DNA from: Spirochaetia bacterium
GTDB lineage: Bacteria > Spirochaetota > Spirochaetia > UBA9216
NCBI GenBank assembly: GCA_965140585.1
Contig: OZ223270.1
Coordinates: 160,001 to 224,000, forward strand
Direction: 5' to 3'
DNA length: 64,000 nucleotides
Numbering within the stretch: position 1 is the first letter of the stretch; the number at the start of each line of letters is the position of its first letter. The notes under the pieces were generated by a model. The model had not been told where the DNA came from, made no database searches, and was given only the letters and a program-made list of their open reading frames with translations. Made by a program: the position numbers and the translations under genes. Shown piece after piece: positions 8,762-18,986 of this stretch.

Positions 8762-9673
8762 TTGAAACAAAACTCTGATAACCAGAGAAAGATGCTTAAA
8801 GATATTGGCCGCAGAGCCGCACAGGAAAGAAGTGTTGAGATGATTCTTCTGGTCTGTGCGCTTGTTTCGGTTGTAAGCGTACTGTTCATATCGTTTTTCA
8901 TCTTTCAGAGAGGTCTTCCGCTTTTCAAGTCTGTCGGCGTCTTTGAGTTTCTGCTCGGAACTGACTGGTCACCTTCAAATGATACAAATCCTTCGTACGG
9001 AATACTTCCTTTTATTGTGGGATCGATATATGTAACCCTCGGCTCACTCGTACTGGCGGTTCCCATAGGCATTTTAACCGCTGTATTTATGGCTGAGATT
9101 GCAGGCACGAAGGTAGCAGACTTCATGAGAAGTGTTGTTCAGCTGCTTGCAGGAATACCCTCAGTCATTTATGGATTCTTCGGCGTTATAGTGATTTCAA
9201 AGTTCATACGTGAAACCTTCGGGGGTACCGGCTACAGCATGCTTTCGGGGTCCATCATCCTTGCAATCATGGTTCTTCCTACAATAATTAACATCACCGA
9301 GGTTTCTATAACTTCCCTTCCCCGAAACATCAAGGAAGGCTCACTTGCTCTCGGCGGTACAAGGTGGCAGACTATAATCAGGGTACAGATTCCGGCCGCT
9401 AAATCCGGAATAATTGCCGGGATTGTACTTGGTATGGGCCGGGCGCTTGGAGAGACAATGGCGGTTCTGATGGTTGCCGGTAATGCACCGATTATGCCGC
9501 AGGGACCTCTGTCCAAGGTGCGGACACTCACAATGAACATTGTAACCGATATGGGATACGCATCCGGAGATCATATGACGGCACTTTTCACAACGAGTAT
9601 CGTACTCTTCCTCTTCATCCTGATACTAAACCTTCTGGTCAACCTCCTGAAGGGCAAGGCGGAGGCCGTATAA
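8762..9673 (+). CDS. pstC: Phosphate ABC transporter permease PstC
   Basis: LAGIPSVIYGFFG and GRALGETMAV motifs; SD GGAG before TTG start. Confidence 0.95.
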   Translation: MKQNSDNQRKMLKDIGRRAAQERSVEMILLVCALVSVVSVLFISFFIFQRGLPLFKSVGVFEFLLGTDWSPSNDTNPSYGILPFIVGSIYVTLGSLVLAVPIGILTAVFMAEIAGTKVADFMRSVVQLLAGIPSVIYGFFGVIVISKFIRETFGGTGYSMLSGSIILAIMVLPTIINITEVSITSLPRNIKEGSLALGGTRWQTIIRVQIPAAKSGIIAGIVLGMGRALGETMAVLMVAGNAPIMPQGPLSKVRTLTMNIVTDMGYASGDHMTALFTTSIVLFLFILILNLLVNLLKGKAEAV

Positions 9674-11322
9674 TGAATGTAACTTTTCAGGCAGAACCGG
9701 TAGATTCCAAAAATATTTTAAATGATATTCTGAAACGCGAGAAAAAAAAGGCTGAAACAAACTATATAAAAACCAACCGGATGAACAACCTTGCAACAGG
9801 GCTGCTCTGGGCAGCGGCTATAGTGACCTTCGGAATACTGGTTTATATTCTAGGATTCATCCTTTACCGCGGTTTCCGTTCAGACAATATCCTTGAACAG
9901 GATCACGTGTACATCAAGACAACTGAAACTCCCCTGCCCTGGCTTGAAGGCGATTCAGTTGTAATAGTCAACAAGGATGTCAGGATAAAGGAGATAAGCT
10001 ACTCCGATTTAAGCGGGCTTATCGGCGGTAAGCCGTCAAACTGGGGAAATATCAACGAACAGGACCTTGACGTTTTTCCCTATCTCCCGGATGGCGCCGA
10101 AGGCAAGACGGGAAAGAATATGACCTTTATGCCCTCAACTGCTGACATCATAAGTGCGGTAGCATCCCAAAAGGGCGGACTGGGAATAATTTCAGCGGAT
10201 AACGCCGAAACATCGGATTTATCTGACGTCAGAATCCTTCCGGTTATTCCCTTCTCAATTGCTGTTAACAGCTCGGTCCTTGAGATTCAGAATAATATAA
10301 AGATAAGGTTTACCGATGAAGACGGACTCAAGGCTCTTTTCAGCGGAAAGATTACAAACTGGCAGGACGCAGGCGGCATAGACCTGGCGGTGACACCAAT
10401 AATCCCTCCGGCCGGCAGTAAGGAATACGATGAATATCTGAGGCTTACAGGCCTTACGGCGAAGTCACTTCCTGCAAATGCAGTAAAAAGCACTTCGGAT
10501 ACCGACTATATTGAAAAACTCAACAGCACAAGCGGAGCGGTTGGTCTTGTGTTCACCGAAACAGCGGATGAGCTCAAACTGGATATTCTGAATTACCAGT
10601 ACCGGAAAACCGGAATGAACCTGCAGTGGTGGTTTCTCTTTGAAGAACCCAAGCGAGCTGGCCGTGTCGGCGGTATTTCATCGATTGTAGTTAACACGAT
10701 TTACATGGTGCTTCTGACAGTCCTGTTTTCAACCCCGATAGGCATAGGGGCAGCTGTTTACCTCACCGAGTATGCAAAGCAGGGAATACTGATAAAAATA
10801 CTGAGACTCGGAACAGAGACTCTGGCCGGTATTCCGTCAATCATCTTCGGTCTTTTCGGCTTCATAGTCTTTGTAGGATACATGCACCTGGGAATAGGGC
10901 TGCTTTCAGGAACGCTGACTCTGACGCTTATGATTCTGCCGACAATCATCAGAACAGCGGAAGAGGCAATAAAGGGTGTTCCGCAGTCGTTCAGGGCCGG
11001 AAGCCTTGCGCTTGGAGCCGGCAAGTGGCAGACAATATACAAGGTTGTAATACCAGCCGCAGCACCGGGAATACTCACCGGCGTAATCCTTGCAATCGGA
11101 CGTGCGGTCGGCGAAACAGCAGCCCTGCTTTTCACTATGGGCTTTGACTACCGGAGGGCAGAAAACCTTTCAACATCAGCCCGTGTCCTCTCAACCCATT
11201 TGTACCAGCTTGTCAAGGAAGGTATTTCCTTTGACCGGGCATTCGCAACAGCAACAATCCTTATAGTGATAATTCTTATTGTTAACGTTCTTTCTACAAG
11301 ACTCATCAGAAGGAAATACTGA
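9673..11322 (+). CDS. pstA: Phosphate ABC permease PstA with a large inserted extracytoplasmic PstS-like region
   Basis: C-terminal LAGIPSIIFGLFG and GRAVGETA; ~240-aa insertion after TM1 containing GKPSNW and GKITNWQDAGG. Confidence 0.9.
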   Translation: MNVTFQAEPVDSKNILNDILKREKKKAETNYIKTNRMNNLATGLLWAAAIVTFGILVYILGFILYRGFRSDNILEQDHVYIKTTETPLPWLEGDSVVIVNKDVRIKEISYSDLSGLIGGKPSNWGNINEQDLDVFPYLPDGAEGKTGKNMTFMPSTADIISAVASQKGGLGIISADNAETSDLSDVRILPVIPFSIAVNSSVLEIQNNIKIRFTDEDGLKALFSGKITNWQDAGGIDLAVTPIIPPAGSKEYDEYLRLTGLTAKSLPANAVKSTSDTDYIEKLNSTSGAVGLVFTETADELKLDILNYQYRKTGMNLQWWFLFEEPKRAGRVGGISSIVVNTIYMVLLTVLFSTPIGIGAAVYLTEYAKQGILIKILRLGTETLAGIPSIIFGLFGFIVFVGYMHLGIGLLSGTLTLTLMILPTIIRTAEEAIKGVPQSFRAGSLALGAGKWQTIYKVVIPAAAPGILTGVILAIGRAVGETAALLFTMGFDYRRAENLSTSARVLSTHLYQLVKEGISFDRAFATATILIVIILIVNVLSTRLIRRKY

Positions 11323-11325
11323 TTT

Positions 11326-12093
11326 ATGGAGAATACAATGACTGATAATAAACTGTCCGTTATGGACCTCGATTTCTTTTACGGAGATTTCAAGGCGCTG
11401 CACGGCATTTCAATGGAGATAGAGCAGAATAAGGTGACAGCCCTGATAGGCCCTTCAGGCTGCGGAAAGTCAACCTTCCTAAAAACCTTGAACCGGATGA
11501 ACGACCTTGTTGTCGGGTCAAAGGTAGACGGAACTATTCTTTATGACGGCGAGGATATCTACGGAAAGTATGATATAATTCAGCTTAGAAAGAAGATTGG
11601 AATGGTGTTTCAGAGCCCCAATCCCTTTGCAATGTCGATATTTGACAACATAGCCTACGGTCCCAGAATCCACGGGATAAAAAACCGTAAGGTTCTTGAT
11701 GAGATAGTTGAGAAAAGCCTTTCACAGGCGGCAATATGGGATGAGGTAAAGGACAGGCTTAACAAGCCGGCACTTGGACTTTCCGGAGGCCAGCAGCAGA
11801 GGCTCTGTATAGCCAGGGTTCTTGCTGTTGAACCTGATGTCATTCTTATGGATGAGCCTACAAGCGCCCTCGATCCGATATCAACATCAAGAATTGAGGA
11901 CCTGGTTGATGAACTTAAACAGGACTATACCATCGTAATAGTCACTCACAACATGCAGCAGGCGGGAAGGATTTCAGACTATACAGCCTTCTTTCTGCAC
12001 GGATACCTTGAAGAAATGGGACCGACAGAGCGTATCTTCTTCAATCCTGAAAGCAAAAAAACAGAAGATTATATATCAGGCCGATTCGGCTGA
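11326..12093 (+). CDS. pstB: Phosphate ABC ATP-binding protein
   Basis: [22 protein letters not shown] and C-terminal [10 protein letters not shown]. Confidence 0.97.
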   Translation: MENTMTDNKLSVMDLDFFYGDFKALHGISMEIEQNKVTALIGPSGCGKSTFLKTLNRMNDLVVGSKVDGTILYDGEDIYGKYDIIQLRKKIGMVFQSPNPFAMSIFDNIAYGPRIHGIKNRKVLDEIVEKSLSQAAIWDEVKDRLNKPALGLSGGQQQRLCIARVLAVEPDVILMDEPTSALDPISTSRIEDLVDELKQDYTIVIVTHNMQQAGRISDYTAFFLHGYLEEMGPTERIFFNPESKKTEDYISGRFG

Positions 12094-12108
12094 TATCCGG
12101 AGTAAAAA

Positions 12109-12768
12109 ATGAGTAAACCGAGATTACATTTTTCAAATGAAATGACAAACCTTAACGATCAGATCCTTCTGATGGGTACATATGTTGAAGAGGCATTGAA
12201 GAAATCTATAGAGGCTCTGAAAAACCAGGACGAAGTTCTGGCTGATCAGGTAATAAACGAAGACGAAAAAATAAACATTATGGAAACAGCCCTGTTCGAC
12301 AAGGTTTCAATAATCCTTGCAACCGAACAGCCTGTAGCAACCGACCTGAGGCATCTGACCGGCGCCATCAAGATAATTACAGATCTTGAGCGGGCGGGCG
12401 ACTATGCTGTTCACATAGCAAAGGGTGCAAAGCGGCTTTCAAAAGAAAACTACATTGCTCCAATCCAGCAGATTCCTGAAGCGGGGGAAACGGCACGGGG
12501 AATGCTCAGGGATGCGCTTACAGCCTTTGTAAACATGGATGAAGAGCTTGCAAGAGATGTTGCTGCAAGGGATGATGCCCTTGATAAAATCCACAAGAAG
12601 CTTCTGAAAAAGATGCTGAAATATATGAATAAAGAAGATGAAGCCAATATCGAACAGGCTACAAACTTGATCTTTCTGGCAAGATTTCTTGAACGCCTCG
12701 GCGATCATGTAACCAATATCTGCGAATGGGTGGTTTATACAAAAACCGGCCATCATGTTGAATTATAG
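12109..12768 (+). CDS. phoU: Phosphate signalling complex protein PhoU
   Basis: QPVATDLR, DLERAGD and LERLGDHVTNICE motifs. Confidence 0.95.
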   Translation: MSKPRLHFSNEMTNLNDQILLMGTYVEEALKKSIEALKNQDEVLADQVINEDEKINIMETALFDKVSIILATEQPVATDLRHLTGAIKIITDLERAGDYAVHIAKGAKRLSKENYIAPIQQIPEAGETARGMLRDALTAFVNMDEELARDVAARDDALDKIHKKLLKKMLKYMNKEDEANIEQATNLIFLARFLERLGDHVTNICEWVVYTKTGHHVEL

Positions 12769-12780
12769 CAGGAGGTTGAA

Positions 12781-13470
12781 ATGCCCGGTGAAAAAATCCT
12801 TGTAATCGAGGATGAACAGGACATTAGAGAACTGATAGCCTTCAATCTTGAAAACGAAGGCTATAAAATTCTGAAAGCTGCTACCGGTATTGAGGGCCTT
12901 GAAAAGGCAAGAAAGCATGCGCCCGATCTGGTACTGCTTGATATAATGCTGCCTGACGTGGACGGCCTTGAAATATGTAAAAAACTAAAACGCGATGAGA
13001 CAACCTCCGATATTCCTGTAATTATGCTGACCGCAAAATCAGAGGATTCGGATATCATTTCAGGACTGGAGCTTGGAGCTGACGACTATATAACAAAACC
13101 CTTCAGCCCACGGGTCCTGCTTGCCCGTATAAGAACAGTACTCCGGAGGAACACCGACGGGGAAGATGACGGGAACCAGCTGATCCGGGTCCATGAAATA
13201 CAGATAGATATAAAAAAGCACGAAGTCCTCAGCAGCGAAGAAGATGTGAATCTTTCGGCAACCGAGTTTGCAATCCTCAGCCATCTCGCATCCAATCCGG
13301 GATGGGTGTTTTCAAGAAACCAGATAATTGACGCAGTACGCGGACAGAACTATCCGGTTACAGAGCGCTCTGTAGATGTACAGATTCTGGGAATCAGGAA
13401 AAAGCTCGGATCTCAGGGCAGATATATTGAAACCGTCCGCGGAGTCGGTTATCGTCTGAAGAGTGACTGA
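12781..13470 (+). CDS. phoB: PhoB-like OmpR family response regulator
   Basis: REC domain (LLDIMLP, GADDYITKPF) plus winged helix (IETVRGVGY); pst context. Confidence 0.9.
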   Translation: MPGEKILVIEDEQDIRELIAFNLENEGYKILKAATGIEGLEKARKHAPDLVLLDIMLPDVDGLEICKKLKRDETTSDIPVIMLTAKSEDSDIISGLELGADDYITKPFSPRVLLARIRTVLRRNTDGEDDGNQLIRVHEIQIDIKKHEVLSSEEDVNLSATEFAILSHLASNPGWVFSRNQIIDAVRGQNYPVTERSVDVQILGIRKKLGSQGRYIETVRGVGYRLKSD

Positions 13471-13471
13471 T

Positions 13472-13617
13472 CCAAATTTAAAACGCGGTTGGTTTTAAAT
13501 TTGGCTTTGAAGATTTTTGATGTTAAGTAAATATAAATACTTGAGTGAACCTATGCAAAAATCTTCATTTACATCCAAGGTAAGAATAATAAAAGTCGCT
13601 AACTTTTATTATTCTAA
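13472..13617. repeat. Three-hairpin dispersed element, copy B (inverted relative to A and C)
   Basis: Stems 13472-84/13492-504, 13508-19/13556-67 and 13583-96/13602-15; linker TTTACATCCAAGGT at 13568-81. Confidence 0.8.
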
Positions 13618-13641
13618 ATTTTTCTTACAAAAAGGACACGA

Positions 13642-15411
13642 ATGAAAAAGCGCCCTCTATTCCGGCAGAGCTTTCTGGTACTGATGCTGATGATGCTCAT
13701 CGCGATAGTACCTATAGCCGTCTTCAACACCTATAACTTTAAAACCTTTTATTACAGTGAAACCGAAGAATACCTGAAGGAAAGCTGTATCCTGCTAAAA
13801 AATGTTTTTCCGCAGAGCCTTGCATCAACCGACATAGCGGGAATCGAGAAATTCGCGTACACGGCATCCAGCGAAACCGACATGCGTGTTACCATCATAA
13901 ACGAAAACGGACTCGTGCTGGCCGATTCCCAGAACGACCCTGACAGCATGAACAACCACGCAGACCGGCCGGAGGTCTCTGCAGCTCTTTCCGGAAACTA
14001 CGGGTCCTCAACCCGCAACAGCGCAACCATGTCTTTTGAAATGATGTATTCGGCCGTTCCGGTAAGCTTCAGTGATTCGACCAACGGTGCCATCAGGCTT
14101 GCACGTTCACTTGAAGACATCGACTCAAGATTGTCACTCATAAACCGGAGCGTTGTAATACTGAGCATCATTCTTTTTATAGCGGTCGGAGTTCTCAGCT
14201 ACATCCTTGCCGGCTGGGTAAGCCGGATAATCAATGAACTCAAGCAGACCGCGGCAATGTACGCGGCCGGTGATTTTTCAAAAAAGCTGTTTATTGAACG
14301 CCCTCAGGAAATTTCCGAACTCTCGGATGATATCAACTCGATGGGTATGCAGCTGCAGGATCGTATAAACAAGGTTGAAACACAGAAAAACGAGCTTCAG
14401 CTGATTCTCAACAATATGACAGAACCGGTTCTCTTCACCGACAGAAGGCTGCATATACTCAGGATTAATTCGGCCGCGGAAACGCTGTTTCATTTTAACG
14501 AAGAGAACGACAGAGGCAGAAGCATTCTTGAACTTTTCCGGAACTCGGATCTGAATAACTTCGCACAGAGTATGGTTGAGACAGGAACCTCGAAAACAGA
14601 AATTATCACCCTGGATCTTCCCCGACCTGCTCACCTTGAAATTCACGGAACCGTGGTTAAGGATGCCGAAGGGGAAGTAAGCGCCCTTCTGCTTGTAATG
14701 CACGACATCACCCGGATGAAACAGCTGGAACAGATGCGCAAGGATTTTGTAGCCAATGTATCACACGAACTTAAGACTCCGGTCACGATGATTAAGGGAT
14801 ATATTGAAACCCTGCTGGACAGCATGTCCCCGGAGGAAGGTGAAAATAACACCATTAAATTCCTGGGAATCATGGAGAAGCACTCTTCCAGAATCGAGGC
14901 TATTATCGATGACCTGCTTCTGCTCTCGGGTATAGAAAAAAATGACGGAAATGCTCCGCTTTTTGAAGAGATTCCTGCAATAGACCTGCTCACAAGCGCG
15001 GTTACCAGCTGCGAGCCCAGAGCCGAGGATAAAAATATAAAACTTAAAATGAACTGCCCTGAAAACATCATTCTGAGGGTTCACCCCCTGCTTGCTGAAC
15101 AGGCTGTAATAAACCTGATCGACAATGGAATTAAATACAGCGGAACTAATACCGAGATAAAGGTTTCTGTAAAACAGAATGATGAAGGCAAAACCTGTAT
15201 AAGTGTTAAGGACCAGGGCTGCGGAATATCGCAGGAAGATCAGGAACGGATTTTTGAAAGGTTCTACCGCGTAGACAAGGCGCGCAGCAGGGAATCAGGC
15301 GGTACAGGCCTGGGGCTGTCGATAGTCAAGCATATTGCCCTCAGCCACAACGGAAGCATCTCGGTTGAGAGCACTCCGGGAAAGGGCTCAACTTTTACTA
15401 TCTGCCTGTAG
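13642..15411 (+). CDS. phoR: PhoR-like sensor histidine kinase (HAMP, PAS, HisKA, HATPase)
   Basis: FVANVSHELKTP, NLIDNGIKY, FERFYRVDKARSR and GGTGLGL motifs. Confidence 0.92.
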   Translation: MKKRPLFRQSFLVLMLMMLIAIVPIAVFNTYNFKTFYYSETEEYLKESCILLKNVFPQSLASTDIAGIEKFAYTASSETDMRVTIINENGLVLADSQNDPDSMNNHADRPEVSAALSGNYGSSTRNSATMSFEMMYSAVPVSFSDSTNGAIRLARSLEDIDSRLSLINRSVVILSIILFIAVGVLSYILAGWVSRIINELKQTAAMYAAGDFSKKLFIERPQEISELSDDINSMGMQLQDRINKVETQKNELQLILNNMTEPVLFTDRRLHILRINSAAETLFHFNEENDRGRSILELFRNSDLNNFAQSMVETGTSKTEIITLDLPRPAHLEIHGTVVKDAEGEVSALLLVMHDITRMKQLEQMRKDFVANVSHELKTPVTMIKGYIETLLDSMSPEEGENNTIKFLGIMEKHSSRIEAIIDDLLLLSGIEKNDGNAPLFEEIPAIDLLTSAVTSCEPRAEDKNIKLKMNCPENIILRVHPLLAEQAVINLIDNGIKYSGTNTEIKVSVKQNDEGKTCISVKDQGCGISQEDQERIFERFYRVDKARSRESGGTGLGLSIVKHIALSHNGSISVESTPGKGSTFTICL

Positions 15412-15424
15412 ACTCAGAGACGGC

Positions 15425-16228
15425 TCAGAATACCAGAAAGCCGCCGTTTTTAAGAGTCTGCTTGTTATAGGGAAATTCGCTGCCGTCAAGGCTGGTACAG
15501 CTGCGGCCGGCACCCTCTACTACTGCATGGGCGGCGGCGGTGTCCCACTCCATTGTGGGGCTGAAGCGGGGATAGATATCGGCGGTTCCTTCTGCGATCA
15601 TGCAGAACTTGAGACTGCTTCCGGCTGTAATGATTTCAACAGAACTGCAGCCCTTTTCTTTTGCCCAGTCATTTACAAACTTGTCAAATTCTTCACTGCG
15701 ATGGGAACGGCTTCCTGCTGCAACAAGTACATCATCACGCCGGTTAATTGATTCATCCGGCAGCTGAACCGAATTCACGGCTTTTCCGTTTTTAACATCA
15801 GCGCGGAAACTACCGGTCGGCTCAGAACCGTAATAAACAACTCCGGTAACAGGAACATAGACAATACCGGCATAAGGCCGGCTGCTTTTCATAAGGGCTA
15901 TATTGACTGTAAACTCACCGTTCTTTTTTACAAATTCCTTGGTACCGTCCAGTGGATCTATCAGCCAGTAATAATCCCAATACTGTCTTTGCGTGTAAGG
16001 GGCAATATCTCCCTCTTCAGAAATGAGCGGGATGATTCCGCCTTCAACTTTTATCGTTTCAAGCCTGCTGCAGATGTACTCATGAGAAGCCTGATCGGCC
16101 CGGGTAAGCGGGGAATTATCCTCTTTCATTTCAACAGGAAAATCCCTGCTGTAAACATCAAGAATAAGTTCACCTGCATGAGCGCAGATTGAAACAAGGG
16201 TGTCGAAGATATTATTCAAATTTTCCAT
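15425..16228 (-). CDS. cysQ: 3'(2'),5'-bisphosphate nucleotidase CysQ
   Basis: KEDNSPLTRAD, WLIDPLDGTKEF, GSSLKFC and EWDTAA motifs; start taken at M23 of the ORF. Confidence 0.93.
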   Translation of the reverse strand: MENLNNIFDTLVSICAHAGELILDVYSRDFPVEMKEDNSPLTRADQASHEYICSRLETIKVEGGIIPLISEEGDIAPYTQRQYWDYYWLIDPLDGTKEFVKKNGEFTVNIALMKSSRPYAGIVYVPVTGVVYYGSEPTGSFRADVKNGKAVNSVQLPDESINRRDDVLVAAGSRSHRSEEFDKFVNDWAKEKGCSSVEIITAGSSLKFCMIAEGTADIYPRFSPTMEWDTAAAHAVVEGAGRSCTSLDGSEFPYNKQTLKNGGFLVF

Positions 16229-16241
16229 AAATCGGGAAAAA

Positions 16242-16598
16242 TCAGTCTTCAAGCTCCATATAAGTTGCAATCTTCTCAAGTTTTCGCTCAACAAGAACTC
16301 TGACAGCCCCGGGAAGTCCCGCAGCCTTCATTTCATTAATAAAGTAGTTCTCGATATAGGCTCTGAGTTCATTAACATTTTCACTTTCAGCCTTGGCTTT
16401 TTCCACGGCCTTGGAAACATTTTCAAGCCCTAGAACTTCTCTTTTCAGAAGGCTGGTATTCTCTAGAAAAACATATTCGGTTATTTCATGTTCATCAAAC
16501 CGGCGTTTCATATTTTCTTCATTGAATTCAATGTCATATATCAGATCTTCAAGCTCGATTTTTAGTATCTCGAGATATTTCTTCATTTTGTTGTCCAT
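16242..16598 (-). CDS. Hypothetical alpha-helical protein
   Basis: 118-aa ORF with GGAGG upstream, co-oriented with cysQ. Confidence 0.75.
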   Translation of the reverse strand: MDNKMKKYLEILKIELEDLIYDIEFNEENMKRRFDEHEITEYVFLENTSLLKREVLGLENVSKAVEKAKAESENVNELRAYIENYFINEMKAAGLPGAVRVLVERKLEKIATYMELED

Positions 16599-16668
16599 AT
16601 TTAAACCCTCCGTTTAAAGTATATATACACTGTTATCTGATCGCAATAAATGATAATATACAGATTAT

Positions 16669-17907
16669 ATGAATGCGCCGAGATTGTCTGCATTTTTTTT
16701 CAGTTTAGCCTTACTTCTTGCCTACCCTGCTTCAGCATCCGGAGCTGATAATTCCGGAACCCTCATCATCAAAAACAGAGAACTTACCAGGGTTATAGTC
16801 TCCACCGACAACATCACCGACAAGGGGCTTGCTCTTTTACTAAACGGAACAGGCGAACTGAAGGCTGTCTCAGAAAGTCAGTCATATACCGCCTCTTTTT
16901 CCTCGGGCAGCAGGCCGGTAAAAATCTCACTGTACCCCTCTCTGCTGGGATTTTTCCCTGATAACGTTGAGATACAGAGCTCCGGTACAGAGTTTGATCT
17001 GCTCTCATCAGAGGTATTCGATATTGACGGTGAAACACCGCTGGATGCCGATATTGGCCATATAATTTTCTCGGATTTTTCTCCGCGCGGGGGACATGAC
17101 TGGGAAGTGTACCGCTGGAACCTCTACCCGGACATACTGATTTTCGATACCGAGAACTATGAAGCACAGGCAAGACTCTTTAAGAGGCTTGCATTCTTCG
17201 TTGAAAAGCCGGGTTTCGTGGGAACCATTGTATCAAACGAGGGTCTCGAAGGCCGTCACGGCTGGAATGCACATGATTACCGGCCCGAAGATCTGGCCGA
17301 TTTTTTCAACAAGGCTATGGAAACACCGGAGATACTGAACACCGAAGAGATATACCTCCGCGACCTGCTTGTATCCGAAGGTATTTTGATAGATTTGAAT
17401 GGAACATACAGAGCAGGAAAGGGAGCTGTGCTGTCAGTTTCAAGGGAATCACTGCCTGACTGGCGCTACCGTTTTTTAACTCATGAATGTCTGCACGGAA
17501 TTTTCTTTACCGATCCTGATTTCAGGGCGCAGTCAGAGAGGATTTTCTTCAGCATGCAGCCGGATGAAATTACCTTCTGGAAAAAACTTCTGGATTACCG
17601 TGGATACGACGTGAGCAATGACTACCTGCTGGTAAACGAGTTTATGGCTTACATACTGCAGCAACCCTTTGAGGATATCAACGACTATTTTAAAACCTTT
17701 CTCTATGTACGCATGACCGCGGCCAGACCCTATGAAACAGGTTTTGTCGAAACTTTTGAAAGGAACTATCCGGATTCTTTTATCAATTCAACCGAAAACA
17801 TGTCCGCTCTGCTGTACAGCAAATGCGGGAGGACAAGCGGCCACCTATCCAATCTAATCCCGGACAGCATGGGGGATGGTTTCTTCAATTTGTTTCCGGT
17901 ATACTGA
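16669..17907 (+). CDS. Secreted hypothetical protein, putative zinc metallopeptidase
   Basis: Signal peptide ending ASA; THECLHG (HExxH) and downstream NEFMAY. Confidence 0.65.
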   Translation: MNAPRLSAFFFSLALLLAYPASASGADNSGTLIIKNRELTRVIVSTDNITDKGLALLLNGTGELKAVSESQSYTASFSSGSRPVKISLYPSLLGFFPDNVEIQSSGTEFDLLSSEVFDIDGETPLDADIGHIIFSDFSPRGGHDWEVYRWNLYPDILIFDTENYEAQARLFKRLAFFVEKPGFVGTIVSNEGLEGRHGWNAHDYRPEDLADFFNKAMETPEILNTEEIYLRDLLVSEGILIDLNGTYRAGKGAVLSVSRESLPDWRYRFLTHECLHGIFFTDPDFRAQSERIFFSMQPDEITFWKKLLDYRGYDVSNDYLLVNEFMAYILQQPFEDINDYFKTFLYVRMTAARPYETGFVETFERNYPDSFINSTENMSALLYSKCGRTSGHLSNLIPDSMGDGFFNLFPVY

Positions 17908-18003
17908 TACAGCAATAGTGTTAAAAAAAAGTAAAAAGATTGAATTTCGAAATTATCGGGAATATAATTACGACCTAATCTGTCAATCTGGAGATAGCTG
18001 ATA

Positions 18004-18939
18004 ATGTCTGCACCAAAAAAATGGATACCGGCCCGCAAAAGTCATCTGCTCTACTATGATGATATTCCGCTGTATTACCGAACACCAAGCGGAAATATAA
18101 CATTGTACAAGCCGGCAGGAATGTCGTTTACCCACGAAAGCCTGGAAAGAAAATATGCAATCGACGAGTTCTTCATACATCCCGACAACAGACTGGAAAG
18201 TATTGAAGCAGCTCAGCGCGGATTTCAAAAGAAACTTGAAACAACCAAAGACATCACAACAGTAAAGGATTCCCTTGTTGATCTTGTAGAGGAAACACTG
18301 GCAGCCCCAAGGGCCGGAGGTCTTAAACGGGCTCCGAATACGGTTAACCATCTTATCGATGGATTTTCATTACAGCCCAATGTCCTCAAGAATTTCGCAA
18401 GAATGTCCTTCAACGACTACACAACCGCCCTGCATTCAGTCAATGTTATGGCTCTGACAGTGGGATACTGTTACTACATTTCGCTTACAGAAGAGGAAAC
18501 CAAAAAACTCGGCCTGGCAGCCCTGCTTCATGATGTTGGAAAGACCGAGGTTCCGAATTACATCCTCAAGGCCAGCCGAAGACTCACTGATGAGGAATTT
18601 GACAAGATAAAATCTCATACGACTCTCGGCTTTGAGATCCTTCAGCTTTATTCGGATGAGGATTTCTCCGAGATAGCACTTGCCAGCAAGGAGCACCATG
18701 AAAAGCTGGACGGCTCCGGGTATCCTGAAGGAAAAACCGACATATCATATATGGGAAGGGTTCTGGCTATTATCGATTGTTATGAAGCTATTACCAATGA
18801 CGACAGGCCTTACAGGACAGCGCTGAGCCCGCTTAACGCGCTTGAGCTGATAAAGAAGGATGTTGATCAGGGAAAACTTGACAGAGCCATATTCAAGGAT
18901 TTTGCCTACAGCCTTACGAACTTTAAAAATAAGGCTTAA
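18004..18939 (+). CDS. HD-GYP domain phosphodiesterase
   Basis: ALLHDVGK, HHEKLDGSGYP and RPYR motifs. Confidence 0.92.
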   Translation: MSAPKKWIPARKSHLLYYDDIPLYYRTPSGNITLYKPAGMSFTHESLERKYAIDEFFIHPDNRLESIEAAQRGFQKKLETTKDITTVKDSLVDLVEETLAAPRAGGLKRAPNTVNHLIDGFSLQPNVLKNFARMSFNDYTTALHSVNVMALTVGYCYYISLTEEETKKLGLAALLHDVGKTEVPNYILKASRRLTDEEFDKIKSHTTLGFEILQLYSDEDFSEIALASKEHHEKLDGSGYPEGKTDISYMGRVLAIIDCYEAITNDDRPYRTALSPLNALELIKKDVDQGKLDRAIFKDFAYSLTNFKNKA

Positions 18940-18981
18940 AAATAAAAAAAGGGGGGGCAGCCGCAAAAAAGCTGCCCCCTG
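18940..18981. terminator. Terminator between convergent genes
   Basis: GGGGCAGC-loop-GCTGCCCC preceded by an A-run. Confidence 0.7.
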
Positions 18982-18986
18982 ATATT

